From assembly GCA_046725795.1 (NCBI GenBank), contig JBKOZI010000003.1:1-55184 (forward strand): 55,184 nt of DNA, given 5' to 3'. Source of the DNA: Actinomycetota bacterium. GTDB taxonomy: Bacteria > Actinomycetota > Thermoleophilia > Solirubrobacterales > JBBDJG01. The notes under the pieces were generated by a model. That model was not told the DNA's origin. It saw only the letters and a list, made by a program, of their open reading frames with translations, and made no database searches. Made by a program: the position numbers and the translations under genes. Positions 8,131-17,400 of the stretch are shown piece after piece. Every line of letters starts with the position of its first letter. Within the stretch, counting starts at the first letter, position 1.

Positions 8131-9525
8131 CTACTGGGCTTCCACTTCCAGGCCTGCCTGACGCCCGGCCACGAGCTCCGCACTCAGCGTCTCGAGGTCA
8201 GAGCCGTGCGGCTCGTACCGGACCAGCAGGAAGCCGAGGCCGACGAGCAATGAGAACGCCGCGAGGTACAGGAACGCCGGCTTCATCGCGCTGAGCGTCG
8301 CCTCCGGGTCGACGAGGTCGCCGGTGCCGGCGATCAGCGCGACGCCGAGCGGCCCGACGATGCGTCCGATCCCGCTCGCCGTCCAGGCGAGGCCCATCCC
8401 CTGGGTCCGCATGCTCGTGGGATAGACCTCTGACGTGTATGGCGCGAGGTTGGCGAAGCCGCCGTCGACGAAGAAGGCAGCGCCGGCGAGGCCGATCACG
8501 AACAGCGACGCCCCGGCGATCTCCGACTGCCCGCTGAAGGCCGTGACTGCGAGCAGCGGCGGCGCGCCGACTCCCATCAACAGGCCGCACACGCGCCGCC
8601 CCGAACGCTGTGGGAAAAAGGAAAAGAAGAGCCTCCCGGCAAACGAGCCGAGGATCACCACGACGAAGAGCGCCGCAGCCTCGTCCGAGCCGATGTCGAG
8701 CACCTGCTCCAGGAAGGTCGGCCCCCATAGGAACATGCCGGAGACCGCGGCCGACGCACCGAGCCATGCGAGCACCGTCACGAGCACGCTCCTGCGATAG
8801 CGAAAGAGGGCGCCGAAACCGGAGCCTGGATCACGGCGCTCCGTCAGTCCGCCGGCCGGAACCTCCTCCACCGGCCGGTTGAGAAGCCACGCGATCACCC
8901 GCCGCGCTTCTTCCGTCCGGCCCTGATCGACGAGCCAGCGTGGAGACTCGGGGGCATAGATCCAGGTGAACGCCGCCGAGACGAGCGGCAGCAGACCGAG
9001 CGCGAACAGCGGCCGCCAGTGCGGGTCAAGTGCGGCCGCCGAGACCGCCGCGGCCAGAATGCCGATCGGGACCATCGCCGTCGTGACGAAGCCTGTGACC
9101 TTCGTGCGGAGCCGGGTCGGCGTGAACTCGAGCACCATCGGGACCGCGACGACCGCGACACCCGCCACGCCGGCGCCCACGATGAACCTGAAGATGGCGA
9201 TGAACCACCAGCCGTTGTCGGGGGCGAGCGCCATGATGCCGGTGCCCAGCGAGAAGATCGTGAGCCCCGCGATGAGCGGGCGGCGCCGTCCGAACCGGTC
9301 GCCGAAGCGGCCCCACAGGATGCTGCCCGCGATCGCTCCGAACCCGGCGCTCAGGAGCATCACCGCGGCCTGTCCGAAGGTCAGGTGCCAGTCGTCGTTC
9401 AGGATCGGCACGACGAACGCAATCAGGAAGAAGTCGAACAGATCCAGCACCGCGCCCACCATCACCGCGACCATGAGGATCAGATAGCGGCGGTTCAACG
9501 GCGCCTCATCGAGCGCGCGAAGCAT
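8131..9525 (-). CDS. MFS transporter
   Basis: 12-TM pattern with the GRFGDRFGRRRPL loop motif. I moved the start to ATG 9525 (MLRALDEAPLNRRYL...). The track start at 9645 overlaps the upstream kinase gene. Confidence 0.9.
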   Translation of the reverse strand: MLRALDEAPLNRRYLILMVAVMVGAVLDLFDFFLIAFVVPILNDDWHLTFGQAAVMLLSAGFGAIAGSILWGRFGDRFGRRRPLIAGLTIFSLGTGIMALAPDNGWWFIAIFRFIVGAGVAGVAVVAVPMVLEFTPTRLRTKVTGFVTTAMVPIGILAAAVSAAALDPHWRPLFALGLLPLVSAAFTWIYAPESPRWLVDQGRTEEARRVIAWLLNRPVEEVPAGGLTERRDPGSGFGALFRYRRSVLVTVLAWLGASAAVSGMFLWGPTFLEQVLDIGSDEAAALFVVVILGSFAGRLFFSFFPQRSGRRVCGLLMGVGAPPLLAVTAFSGQSEIAGASLFVIGLAGAAFFVDGGFANLAPYTSEVYPTSMRTQGMGLAWTASGIGRIVGPLGVALIAGTGDLVDPEATLSAMKPAFLYLAAFSLLVGLGFLLVRYEPHGSDLETLSAELVAGRQAGLEVEAQ

Positions 9526-9595
9526 CGGCACGGACTCGTTCACGGACCGTGAACCTATACGCGCGTGCGCCGCGCGGTGGCGGTGGTTGCTGGCC

Positions 9596-11047
9596 CTAGC
9601 CGGCTGCCCCGCGCGCGGCAGCGAGCTCACGGCGCACGACCCCACGCTGGTTGTCGAAGCGCAGCCTGCGCTCGAGGTACGGGATCGCCTCGCCGGGCCT
9701 GCCCGCGAGCCGGAGGGAGCGGCCCAGGTTGTAGAGCGCGTATGCGTAGGTGAGGTCGGTCGAGCCCTTCGGGAATCCGGCCACGGCCCGTTGCAGCACC
9801 GGGATCGCCTCGTAGTAGCGCCCCGCGTCCATCAGCTTGAAGCCCTCGTCGTTCAGCGAGGCGGCCGACGTCCCCGTGGGAGCGGCGGGCTTGGCGGGCG
9901 CAGGCGTCGAGGGCGCGGTCGTCGTCGCGGTGTCGCTGCCGCCGCGCTGGTGCTTCGGCTGGCTTGCGTCCGGGCGGTTGGCACGGTTACCCGTCTTGCT
10001 CGATCCCGAGTCGCTGTCCCCGCCGGTCGAGATCAAGACGACGCCCGCCACGAGCACTGCGGCGAGCAGCACCGCGGCGACCGCCCAGGCGCGCGCCGGG
10101 AACCGGCGCAAGGGGGTCACCGTGGCCGCGCGCGGCCAGTTGCGCTCGGGATCGATGAGGACGGGCGGCGATGCCGTCGGCGCCGTGTCTTCGAGCGCGG
10201 AGTCGAGCGCGGACACGAATGCGGTGGCGCTCTCCCATCGCTCGACCGGGTTTTTGGCCAGGCCTTTCAGCAGCACATCGTCGACCGAGCGTGGAAGATC
10301 CGGGGAGCGCGTGCTCGGGGGGTCGGGATGGGACTCGACCTGCTGCAGCGCCTGCTCGGCGAAGCCGCCTCCTCCAAAGGGCCGTGATCCGGTCAAGAGC
10401 TCATAGGCGACGACCGCCAGCGAGTACCGGTCGCTCGCGGGAGTGGCCGGGTCGCCCACCGCCTGCTCCGGCGAGATGTAGGACGCCGTCCCGAGGAGCT
10501 CACCGCTGGCCGTCAGGCTGTCCTCATATGCCGCCCGCGCGATGCCGAGGTCGGCGATCACGAGCCTGCCCTGGCCGTCGAACAGGAGGTTCTGCGGTTT
10601 CACGTCGCGGTGGACGACCCCGCGCTCGTGCGCGTAGTCGAGTGCTGAGGCAGCGTCGCGAAGCCATGCGACGGCGTCGCGACGCTCCACGGGTCCCGCG
10701 TCGGTGCGGTGGCGGACGGTGCCTCCGGACAGGTACGCCATCACGATGAACGGCCGCCCGGCGTGCTCGCCGACGTCGTAGATCGTGATCAGGTTCGGAT
10801 GTCCCGAAAGCGCCGCCGCAGTGCGCGCCTCGCGCTCGAAGCGCTTGACGAACATGGGCTGCGAGGCAAGTTGCTCGGCCAGGACCTTGACCGCGACCTG
10901 GCGGCCGAGCACCCGGTCCTCGGCCACCCAGATCGAGCCCATGCCGCCAACCGCGACCTGATCGAGCACGCGGTAGCGGTCCGGTAGCAGCGACTCCCGG
11001 ACAGCGGTGGCGCCGACGCGTCCGCGCCCTTCCTGTGGCGGATCCAA
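9596..11047 (-). CDS. Ser/Thr protein kinase with TM segment and C-terminal TPR domain
   Basis: GGMGSIW..VAVKVL, HRDVKPQNLL, DLGIA and ASYISPEQ motifs, then a Pro/Thr-rich linker, a TM segment and TPR-like repeats. The likely start is TTG 11047 (GGAGG, 5-nt spacer). GTG 11053 abuts the SD. Confidence 0.9.
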   Translation of the reverse strand: MDPPQEGRGRVGATAVRESLLPDRYRVLDQVAVGGMGSIWVAEDRVLGRQVAVKVLAEQLASQPMFVKRFEREARTAAALSGHPNLITIYDVGEHAGRPFIVMAYLSGGTVRHRTDAGPVERRDAVAWLRDAASALDYAHERGVVHRDVKPQNLLFDGQGRLVIADLGIARAAYEDSLTASGELLGTASYISPEQAVGDPATPASDRYSLAVVAYELLTGSRPFGGGGFAEQALQQVESHPDPPSTRSPDLPRSVDDVLLKGLAKNPVERWESATAFVSALDSALEDTAPTASPPVLIDPERNWPRAATVTPLRRFPARAWAVAAVLLAAVLVAGVVLISTGGDSDSGSSKTGNRANRPDASQPKHQRGGSDTATTTAPSTPAPAKPAAPTGTSAASLNDEGFKLMDAGRYYEAIPVLQRAVAGFPKGSTDLTYAYALYNLGRSLRLAGRPGEAIPYLERRLRFDNQRGVVRRELAAARGAAG

Positions 11048-11052
11048 GGACA

Positions 11053-11096
11053 CCTCCGGACTTTGTTACCCAGGAGGGCCGGTGGGTAACCGGAGG
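11053..11096 (-). promoter_or_regulatory. inverted repeat able to sequester the kinase SD
   Basis: In the minus-strand RNA, CCUCCGG-UUACCC-(12 nt)-GGGUAA-(6-nt bulge)-CCGGAGG. The 3' arm contains the GGAGG preceding TTG 11047. Confidence 0.35.
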
Positions 11097-11135
11097 GTTG
11101 TTTAGATCTCGTAACAGCCCGCATATGCTCCCGCC

Positions 11136-12695
11136 ATGAGTTGGGAGCCTGAGCTGGAGGAGCTTCGCCGCCGGGAAGCGCTCGCGCGCCGGATGGGCGG
11201 CTCCGAGCGCGTCGAGCGGCAGCATCGCAGCGGCCGGCTTACCGTGAGGGAGCGGATCGACCGGCTGTTGGACGAGGGCACGTTCCGCGAGACCGGAGCG
11301 CTGGCCGGACGGGCCGAGTATCGCGATGGCGAGCTTGCCGAGTTTCTACCGGCCAACGTGGTCGTCGGCCAGGGGCGTATCGAGGGTCGTCGCGCGATCG
11401 TGGAGGGCGACGACTTCACGGTCAGGGGTGGCGCCGCGGACGCCGCGATCTGGCAGAAGATGGTCTACGCGGAGCAGCTCGCCGCGGAGCTGCGGCTGCC
11501 GCTCGTGCGGCTCGTGGACGGCACGGGCGGTGGCGGAAGCGTCAAGTCGCTCGAGCAAATGGGTCACACGTACGTACCGTTCATCCCGGGCTGGGACGTC
11601 GCGGTGGAAAACCTCGCCACGATTCCCGTCGTGGCGGCCGCGCTCGGCCCGGTCGCAGGGCTCGGCGCCGCACGCGTGGTGGCGGCTCATTTCTCCGTGA
11701 TCGTGCGCGACACGGCTCAGCTGTTCATCGCTGGGCCCCCAGTCGTGGCGGCGGCTATGGGTGAGTCGCCCGACAAGGAGGAGCTCGGTGGCGCGCGTGC
11801 CCAGTCGCGCGTCGGCGCGGTGGACAACGAGGCTGCCGACGAGGACGACGCGCTGGATCAGCTGAAGCGGTTCCTTTCCTACCTGCCGTCGAGCGTCTGG
11901 GACGCTCCCCCGGTCACCGCTTCCGACGACCGGCCGGACCGCCGGGAGGAGGACCTGGTCTCGATCGTTCCCCGCGAGCGCCGCCGGCCGTACAAGGTGC
12001 GGCGCATCCTCGAAGCGGTGCTCGACCGCGGCTCGGTGTTCGAGCTCGGTGCGCAGTACGGGCGCCCGCTCGTGACCGCACTCGGACGGCTCGGCGGGAA
12101 GCCGGTCGGGGTGCTCGCTTCCGACCCGAACCACTACGGCGGCGGCCTGAACGCCGACGCCTCTGAAAAGCTCACTCGCTTCGCCGACCTCTGCGACCAG
12201 TTTCACCTACCGGTCGCGAACTTCGTCGACCAGCCCGGCTTTGTCATCGGCACCGACGCCGAGCGTCGCGGCACGATCCGCCGCGGAACGCGCGCGCTCT
12301 TCGCGGTCTACCAGGCGACCGTGCCGTGGGTGTCGATCCTCGTGCGGAAGGTCTACGGAGTCGCCGGCGCCGCGCACGGCAACGCACAGGGGCTGAACCT
12401 GCGCTATGCGTGGCCGTCGGGCGACTGGGGCTCGCTGCCGATCGAGGGCGGGCTGGAAGCGGCCTACCGCCGCGAGCTCGAGGCGGCCGAGGACCCCGTC
12501 GCGCTGCGCGCCGAGATCGAGGAGCGCCTCAACGCCGTGCGCTCCCCCTTTCGCACGGCGGAGCGGTTCGGGATCGAAGAGATCATCGATCCGCGCGACA
12601 CCCGGCCGATCCTCTGCGACTGGGCCGAGCGCGCACACGAGCTAGTCGCACACGAGGTCGCGCAGGGCCCGAAGCGCCGCGGGCCGCGGCCGTAG
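11136..12695 (+). CDS. acyl-CoA carboxylase carboxyltransferase (beta) subunit
   Basis: About 520 aa with two crotonase-like halves. The N-terminus ...RRMGGSERVERQHRSGRLTVRERIDRLLDEGTF is typical of PccB/AccD5-type proteins. Confidence 0.9.
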   Translation: MSWEPELEELRRREALARRMGGSERVERQHRSGRLTVRERIDRLLDEGTFRETGALAGRAEYRDGELAEFLPANVVVGQGRIEGRRAIVEGDDFTVRGGAADAAIWQKMVYAEQLAAELRLPLVRLVDGTGGGGSVKSLEQMGHTYVPFIPGWDVAVENLATIPVVAAALGPVAGLGAARVVAAHFSVIVRDTAQLFIAGPPVVAAAMGESPDKEELGGARAQSRVGAVDNEAADEDDALDQLKRFLSYLPSSVWDAPPVTASDDRPDRREEDLVSIVPRERRRPYKVRRILEAVLDRGSVFELGAQYGRPLVTALGRLGGKPVGVLASDPNHYGGGLNADASEKLTRFADLCDQFHLPVANFVDQPGFVIGTDAERRGTIRRGTRALFAVYQATVPWVSILVRKVYGVAGAAHGNAQGLNLRYAWPSGDWGSLPIEGGLEAAYRRELEAAEDPVALRAEIEERLNAVRSPFRTAERFGIEEIIDPRDTRPILCDWAERAHELVAHEVAQGPKRRGPRP

Positions 12696-12760
12696 TAGCC
12701 TCCGCCGCACCTCGAGAAGAGGAGCGGAATGGCACTCGTCACGATCGCCAAACTTCCCGA

Positions 12761-13606
12761 ATGACCGGCGGCGTCGTCGTCACCGGCGCCTCGACCGGGA
12801 TCGGCAACGCCTGCGCCCTTCACCTCGACCGGATCGGGTTTCGCGTCTTCGCCGGGGTGCGGAAGGACGAGGACGCCGAGCGCCTTCGCGCGCAGGCGTC
12901 GGAGCGGCTCACCCCGGTCAAGATCGACGTCACCGACGGGGCGTCGATCCGCGCGGCCGCCGATCAGGTCACGACGGCGCTCGCCGGCGAGCCGCTCAGC
13001 GGCCTCGTGAACAACGCGGGCATCGCGGTCTCCGGTCCGGTCGAGTACCTCCCGATCGAGGAGGTGCGCAAGCAGCTCGAGGTCAACTTCATCGGTCACG
13101 TCGCGGTCACGCAGGCGTTCCTCCCGCTCCTCCGCCGCTCGCGCGGGCGGGTCGTCAACATCGGCTCGGTCGGCGGCGAGATCGCACTGCCCTTCCTGAG
13201 CCCGTACGCCGCCTCGAAGCACGCGATCGAGGGCTTCAGCGACTCGCTGCGGCGCGAGGTCGAGCGCCTCGGCGTGCACGTCTCGGTCGTTCGCCCGGGC
13301 GCGATCCAGAGCTCGATCTGGGAGCGGGGAAACGCGGCCGCCGACGAGATCCTCGGTGACCTGCCGCCGGAGGCGATGGAGGTCTACGGCGACAGCATCC
13401 GAGGCGCCCGGGCGGCGGCGAACCAGCGCGCCCAGGAAGCGATCCCGGCCCAGGCGGTCGCAGACGTCGTGGAGCACGCGCTCACCTCCGACAAGCCGAA
13501 GACGCGCTACGTCGTCGGACGTACCGGCAAGGTGATGGTGAAGCTCGAGCGCTGGCTTCCGGACCGCGCCTTCGACCGGCTCGTGGCCCGGGCGATGCGC
13601 GGGTAG
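12761..13606 (+). CDS. short-chain dehydrogenase/reductase (SDR)
   Basis: TGASTGIG at residues 7-14, NNAG, and S...YAASK catalytic motifs. ATG 12761 is in frame with track ORF 12326..13606. Confidence 0.9.
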   Translation: MTGGVVVTGASTGIGNACALHLDRIGFRVFAGVRKDEDAERLRAQASERLTPVKIDVTDGASIRAAADQVTTALAGEPLSGLVNNAGIAVSGPVEYLPIEEVRKQLEVNFIGHVAVTQAFLPLLRRSRGRVVNIGSVGGEIALPFLSPYAASKHAIEGFSDSLRREVERLGVHVSVVRPGAIQSSIWERGNAAADEILGDLPPEAMEVYGDSIRGARAAANQRAQEAIPAQAVADVVEHALTSDKPKTRYVVGRTGKVMVKLERWLPDRAFDRLVARAMRG

Positions 13607-13641
13607 CTGACCGATGCCACCGGCCGCGAGGATGTCGGTGC

Positions 13642-13725
13642 GGCAAAACCGGCATCAACGGGGTCAGACGCTTAGGCATGTGAATCGAACGGATCAGTCT
13701 GACCCCTGTCAGTGCCGGTTTTGCC
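13642..13725. terminator. long composite hairpin between convergent SDR and ABC genes
   Basis: Outer arms GGCAAAACCGGCA / TGCCGGTTTTGCC and inner arms GGGGTCAGAC / GTCTGACCCC, both perfect. There is no U-tract. It overlaps the last about 18 codons of the ABC ATPase ORF. Confidence 0.45.
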
Positions 13726-14445
13726 GCTCGACGCCACTCCGACGCTCGAAAGGATTTGGCCGTCCTGCATGCGCACGAGGCGGGAAGCGCTGGCTGCAAT
13801 CGCAGCCTCGTGCGTGACGAGCACCACCGTCTGGCTGTGTTCATCCGACAGCCGGCGCAGCAGCGAAAGGATCCCCTCTCCAGTGGCGGTGTCGAGATTT
13901 CCGGTCGGCTCGTCTGCAAGCAGCACGCGCGGCTCGTTCGCGAGCGCCCGCGCGATCGCGACGCGCTGCTGCTCGCCTCCCGAAAGGCGGCTGGGCAGGT
14001 GGTCGCGGCGATCCGCCAGCCCGACCTCGTCGAGCAGCCAACGTGCCCGCGTTCTGCGTCTCGCCGTGCGGTCGCCTCTTGGAGCGAGGGCGACCTCCAC
14101 GTTCTCCTCAGCGGTCAGGGTCGGGATCAGGTTGAACTGCTGGAACACGAAGCCGAACGCCTCGAGCCGGAGTCGCGCGAGCTCCCGATCGCCCAGCCGT
14201 GCGAGCTCCCGGCCCTCGAAGAGCAGGACGCCCTCGCTCGGGCGGTCGAGCGCGCCAAGCAGCTGGAGCAGCGTGCTCTTACCCGATCCGCTCGGCCCGG
14301 CGACGGCGACGAACTCGCCATGCTCGAGCGTGAGGTCGGCGCCGCGAAGCGCTCTCACCGCGCCCTCGCCCGCGCCGTAGGTCTTCGAGACCGCGCGTAG
14401 CTGGTACAGCGCGGGCCGTTCGCCGTTCATACGTGGATTGCTCAT
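13672..14445 (-). CDS. ABC transporter ATP-binding protein (MacB/LolD/FtsE-like)
   Basis: Walker A GPSGSGKST, signature LSGGEQQRVAIARAL, Walker B LLADEPTGNLD. ATG 14445 has GAGGAG 6 nt upstream. The alternative ATG 14472 overlaps the permease stop as ATGA. Confidence 0.92.
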   Translation of the reverse strand: MSNPRMNGERPALYQLRAVSKTYGAGEGAVRALRGADLTLEHGEFVAVAGPSGSGKSTLLQLLGALDRPSEGVLLFEGRELARLGDRELARLRLEAFGFVFQQFNLIPTLTAEENVEVALAPRGDRTARRRTRARWLLDEVGLADRRDHLPSRLSGGEQQRVAIARALANEPRVLLADEPTGNLDTATGEGILSLLRRLSDEHSQTVVLVTHEAAIAASASRLVRMQDGQILSSVGVASSGKTGTDRGQTDPFDSHA

Positions 14446-14468
14446 CGTGTTCTCCTCTGCTCTCGTTC

Positions 14469-15986
14469 TCATTCGACGCTCCGCAGTGCCTCGGCCGGTC
14501 GCAGCCTGGCGGCGCGAGTGCCGCCGATCGCCCCGGCGACAAGCCCGCCCAGCAGGGCGAGCGTGACCGCGAGCACGATCAGGCCGACGTCCACCGGGGC
14601 GTTCAGCGCAACGCTTGTCGATCCCGAGGTGACCTGCCCCTGGCCGAACGGGATCGGCCCGGCCTGAGCGGCCTGTGCGACGGTCGCCTCCAGCTTCGGC
14701 GCAAAGGCGCTCACCAGTGAAGCGCCCGCGACGCCGAACAGCGCGCCCAGCACTCCGCCGATCGCGCCCTGGGCGAGCGCCTCGCCCGTGACCTGCCGCA
14801 CGACGAGGCGCTGCGGCCAGCCGATGGCCTTGAGCGTGCCGAGCTCGCGGATGCGCTTGTTCACGGATGAGAGCGTCAGCAGGCCGGCGATCAGGAACGC
14901 GGCCACGAGCGCGACGATTGCGAGCGCGCTTCCCAGCTTGTTCGACAGGTTCTTCGCGTCGACGAGTGAGCCAGAGACCCGGTCCGCCAGATTCTTGGCG
15001 GTCGTGACCTGCGCGCCGGAGAAGTCCGAGCGAATCCGCTTCGCGACGGCCTCGACCTGGTCACCGCTGGATGCCCGGACCTGCAGCACGTTGATGCGGC
15101 CCTCTCGCTTCGAGAGCTTCTGAAGCTGGCCCAGCGGGATGTAGATGTCGGACGACTGGCCGCCGAGGGGGGCCTTCGAGACGCCGATCACCCTGTAGCG
15201 CCTTCCGCCCACCGTGATCGTGTCGCCGAGCGAGAGCTTCTCGCGGCGCGCATAGCTCTGGCTCACGATCGCCTCCCGGCGGCGGGTGGAAGAGAAGTAG
15301 CTGCCGTTCTGGATCTGGGCCGGCGTGACCAGCGCCAGGTCGGGCGACGAGAAGTCCACGCCCGTGACCGCCGACTGCCTGAGGTTGATCGCCTCCGGGC
15401 CGGATGCGTTGCCCCGGGGCGGGGACGCCGGACCGACGAAGCCCCCGGATGCGTTCTTCGGCACGCGGCCGGAGACGTGGATCGAACTCAGCGTGAGTCC
15501 CGCCGCCACGCCCGCGACGCCCGGCTCGGCGGCGATGCGCTTCTTCTCCGCCTCGGAGAAGGAGAGCTGCGTCGTGACGAAGCTGTCGTCGGAGAACCGC
15601 TCGCCCGGCTTGGCCCGGTTCTGAAGGCCGATGCGCGGGGGCCCGTTTTCCTTGCGGAGCTGGTCCTGCTCCGACTGCGAAAGCCTGGGCCGCGCGCCAG
15701 GCCCACCACCCGAGCCGGGGCTGAAGGTCTGACCGGAACCGGAGCCACTGACGCGCAGCGGCCTGCTCACCGACATGTCGGTGCCGACGCCGGTGAGCGG
15801 CTTCAACACCTCGTCCTGCGCGTCATCGAGCCCGTTGGAGAGCGCGGACACCGTGACGACGAGGCCGACGCCGACAGCGAGGCCGAGCGCCGTCAGCAGC
15901 GTGCGGCCCTTCCGCCGCCGAAGCTCGGCGCCGATGTAGCGGATGTAGAACAAAGCTGATCCCTTCTCTTCGCTGGCCGAGTGCAT
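14469..15986 (-). CDS. ABC transporter permease, FtsX/MacB type
   Basis: N-terminal TM (LRRRKGRTLLTALGLAVGV), a large extracytoplasmic domain, then the C-terminal FtsX 3-TM block. The start is ATG 15986 or TTG 15953. The track extension to 16436 overlaps the kinase gene. Confidence 0.88.
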   Translation of the reverse strand: MHSASEEKGSALFYIRYIGAELRRRKGRTLLTALGLAVGVGLVVTVSALSNGLDDAQDEVLKPLTGVGTDMSVSRPLRVSGSGSGQTFSPGSGGGPGARPRLSQSEQDQLRKENGPPRIGLQNRAKPGERFSDDSFVTTQLSFSEAEKKRIAAEPGVAGVAAGLTLSSIHVSGRVPKNASGGFVGPASPPRGNASGPEAINLRQSAVTGVDFSSPDLALVTPAQIQNGSYFSSTRRREAIVSQSYARREKLSLGDTITVGGRRYRVIGVSKAPLGGQSSDIYIPLGQLQKLSKREGRINVLQVRASSGDQVEAVAKRIRSDFSGAQVTTAKNLADRVSGSLVDAKNLSNKLGSALAIVALVAAFLIAGLLTLSSVNKRIRELGTLKAIGWPQRLVVRQVTGEALAQGAIGGVLGALFGVAGASLVSAFAPKLEATVAQAAQAGPIPFGQGQVTSGSTSVALNAPVDVGLIVLAVTLALLGGLVAGAIGGTRAARLRPAEALRSVE

Positions 15987-16029
15987 GGACCATCGAAGCG
16001 GGCCAGCTTGAGGCGCGGCTAAGGGGCTT

Positions 16030-17400
16030 CTAAGAAGAACCGAAGACTTGGGTCGCTGCTCCGTTGAACGACAGCCGTAAGACCGCGCCGCCGCCGGGGG
16101 CGTTCTCGGCGTGGACCCTAGCCCCGTGTGCCTCCGCGACCTGCCGGACGATCGCGAGGCCGAGTCCCGATCCGGGCAGCTTGCGCGCGTCGCTTGCGCG
16201 ATAGAAGCGGTCGAACACGTAGGGCAGGTCCTCTTCCTTGAAACCGGGCCCGCGGTCGCGGACGACCAGCTCGCCGCCGCAAAGGCGCACCTCGACGGTG
16301 CCGCCCGGAGGGCTCCACTTGGCCGCGTTGTCGAGCAGATTCGAGACGGCCCGGTCGAGACGATCAGCGGCACCGTGGACGGTGAGTGGCTCGACCGTGA
16401 GCTCGTACTCGACGTCGGGCGCATGCCTGTGTGCACGTGTCACGGCACGCTCGACCAGCTCGTGAACCGGCACGTCGTCGTATGCCTGTGCGGCTTCGCC
16501 CCTGCGCGCGAGGTCGACGATGTCGCCGACCAGAAGCGTGAGCTCGTCGGCCTGCTCGACGAGGTCCTGAAGGAGCTCACGGCGTTCCGCGACCGGCAGC
16601 TCGCGCTCGGTCAGCAGCACCTCGAGGTTCGTCCTGAGGCTCGCAAGCGGCGTGCGCAGCTCGTGCGAAGCGTCAGCGACCAGGTGTCGCTGTGCCGCGA
16701 CCGACTGCTCCAGCGCTTCCAGCGTCGCGTTGAAGGATCGGGCGAGCCGACCCAGCTCGTCGTCCGTCTCGCCAGCCAGGCGCCGTCCGAGGTCGGGTGC
16801 CGACGCGATCGACTCCGTCTCCTCCGTGAAGCGACGGACGGGACGCAGCGATGCGCGCGAGACCAGGCCGCCGAGCACGGAAGCAAGCAGGACCCCTCCG
16901 ATCGCGATGCCCGAGAGCATCAGAAGCAGTCCATTCAGCACGCTGTCGATCTCGTCGAGGGGCCGCGCCACCTGAATCGCACCGCCGCCCGCAACGGGCA
17001 CCGTGATCACGCGCAGGTGATGCCCGTCGACATGGTCATCCTCGAGCTTGGCGCCGCTCGCGCCTTTCGCGACCCTCAACGCCGTTGGATCCACAGGGAT
17101 CGTGAAGTCGCCCCCGAAGCGGTGCGGCTCTCCGTTCGGGTCGATGAACTGGACGCGGCCCTGGGCACCCCCGAAGCGCGCCTCGCCACCATCGGGCGGG
17201 GCCGGGGCAGGCACGCGGATGCCCAGTGCCTGCGCCCTTGCCTGGAAGCGCTGGATCTCACCCGCGCGGTTGCGAAGCGAAGAGTCGACCTCACCACGCA
17301 GCTTTGCGCGGACGGCCACATACGCGCCCGCCGACGCCAGCGCGACGGCCACTGCGACCGCGGCGGCGGCCGCGATGGACAGCCGCCGCCGGATCGTCAC
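16030..17400 (-). CDS. sensor histidine kinase (HAMP-HisKA-HATPase)
   Basis: H-box [14 protein letters not shown]-box LLDNAAKW, G-boxes DRGPGF and GSGLGLAIV. Two TM segments flank a periplasmic domain. Confidence 0.93.
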   Translation of the reverse strand: MTIRRRLSIAAAAAVAVAVALASAGAYVAVRAKLRGEVDSSLRNRAGEIQRFQARAQALGIRVPAPAPPDGGEARFGGAQGRVQFIDPNGEPHRFGGDFTIPVDPTALRVAKGASGAKLEDDHVDGHHLRVITVPVAGGGAIQVARPLDEIDSVLNGLLLMLSGIAIGGVLLASVLGGLVSRASLRPVRRFTEETESIASAPDLGRRLAGETDDELGRLARSFNATLEALEQSVAAQRHLVADASHELRTPLASLRTNLEVLLTERELPVAERRELLQDLVEQADELTLLVGDIVDLARRGEAAQAYDDVPVHELVERAVTRAHRHAPDVEYELTVEPLTVHGAADRLDRAVSNLLDNAAKWSPPGGTVEVRLCGGELVVRDRGPGFKEEDLPYVFDRFYRASDARKLPGSGLGLAIVRQVAEAHGARVHAENAPGGGAVLRLSFNGAATQVFGSS

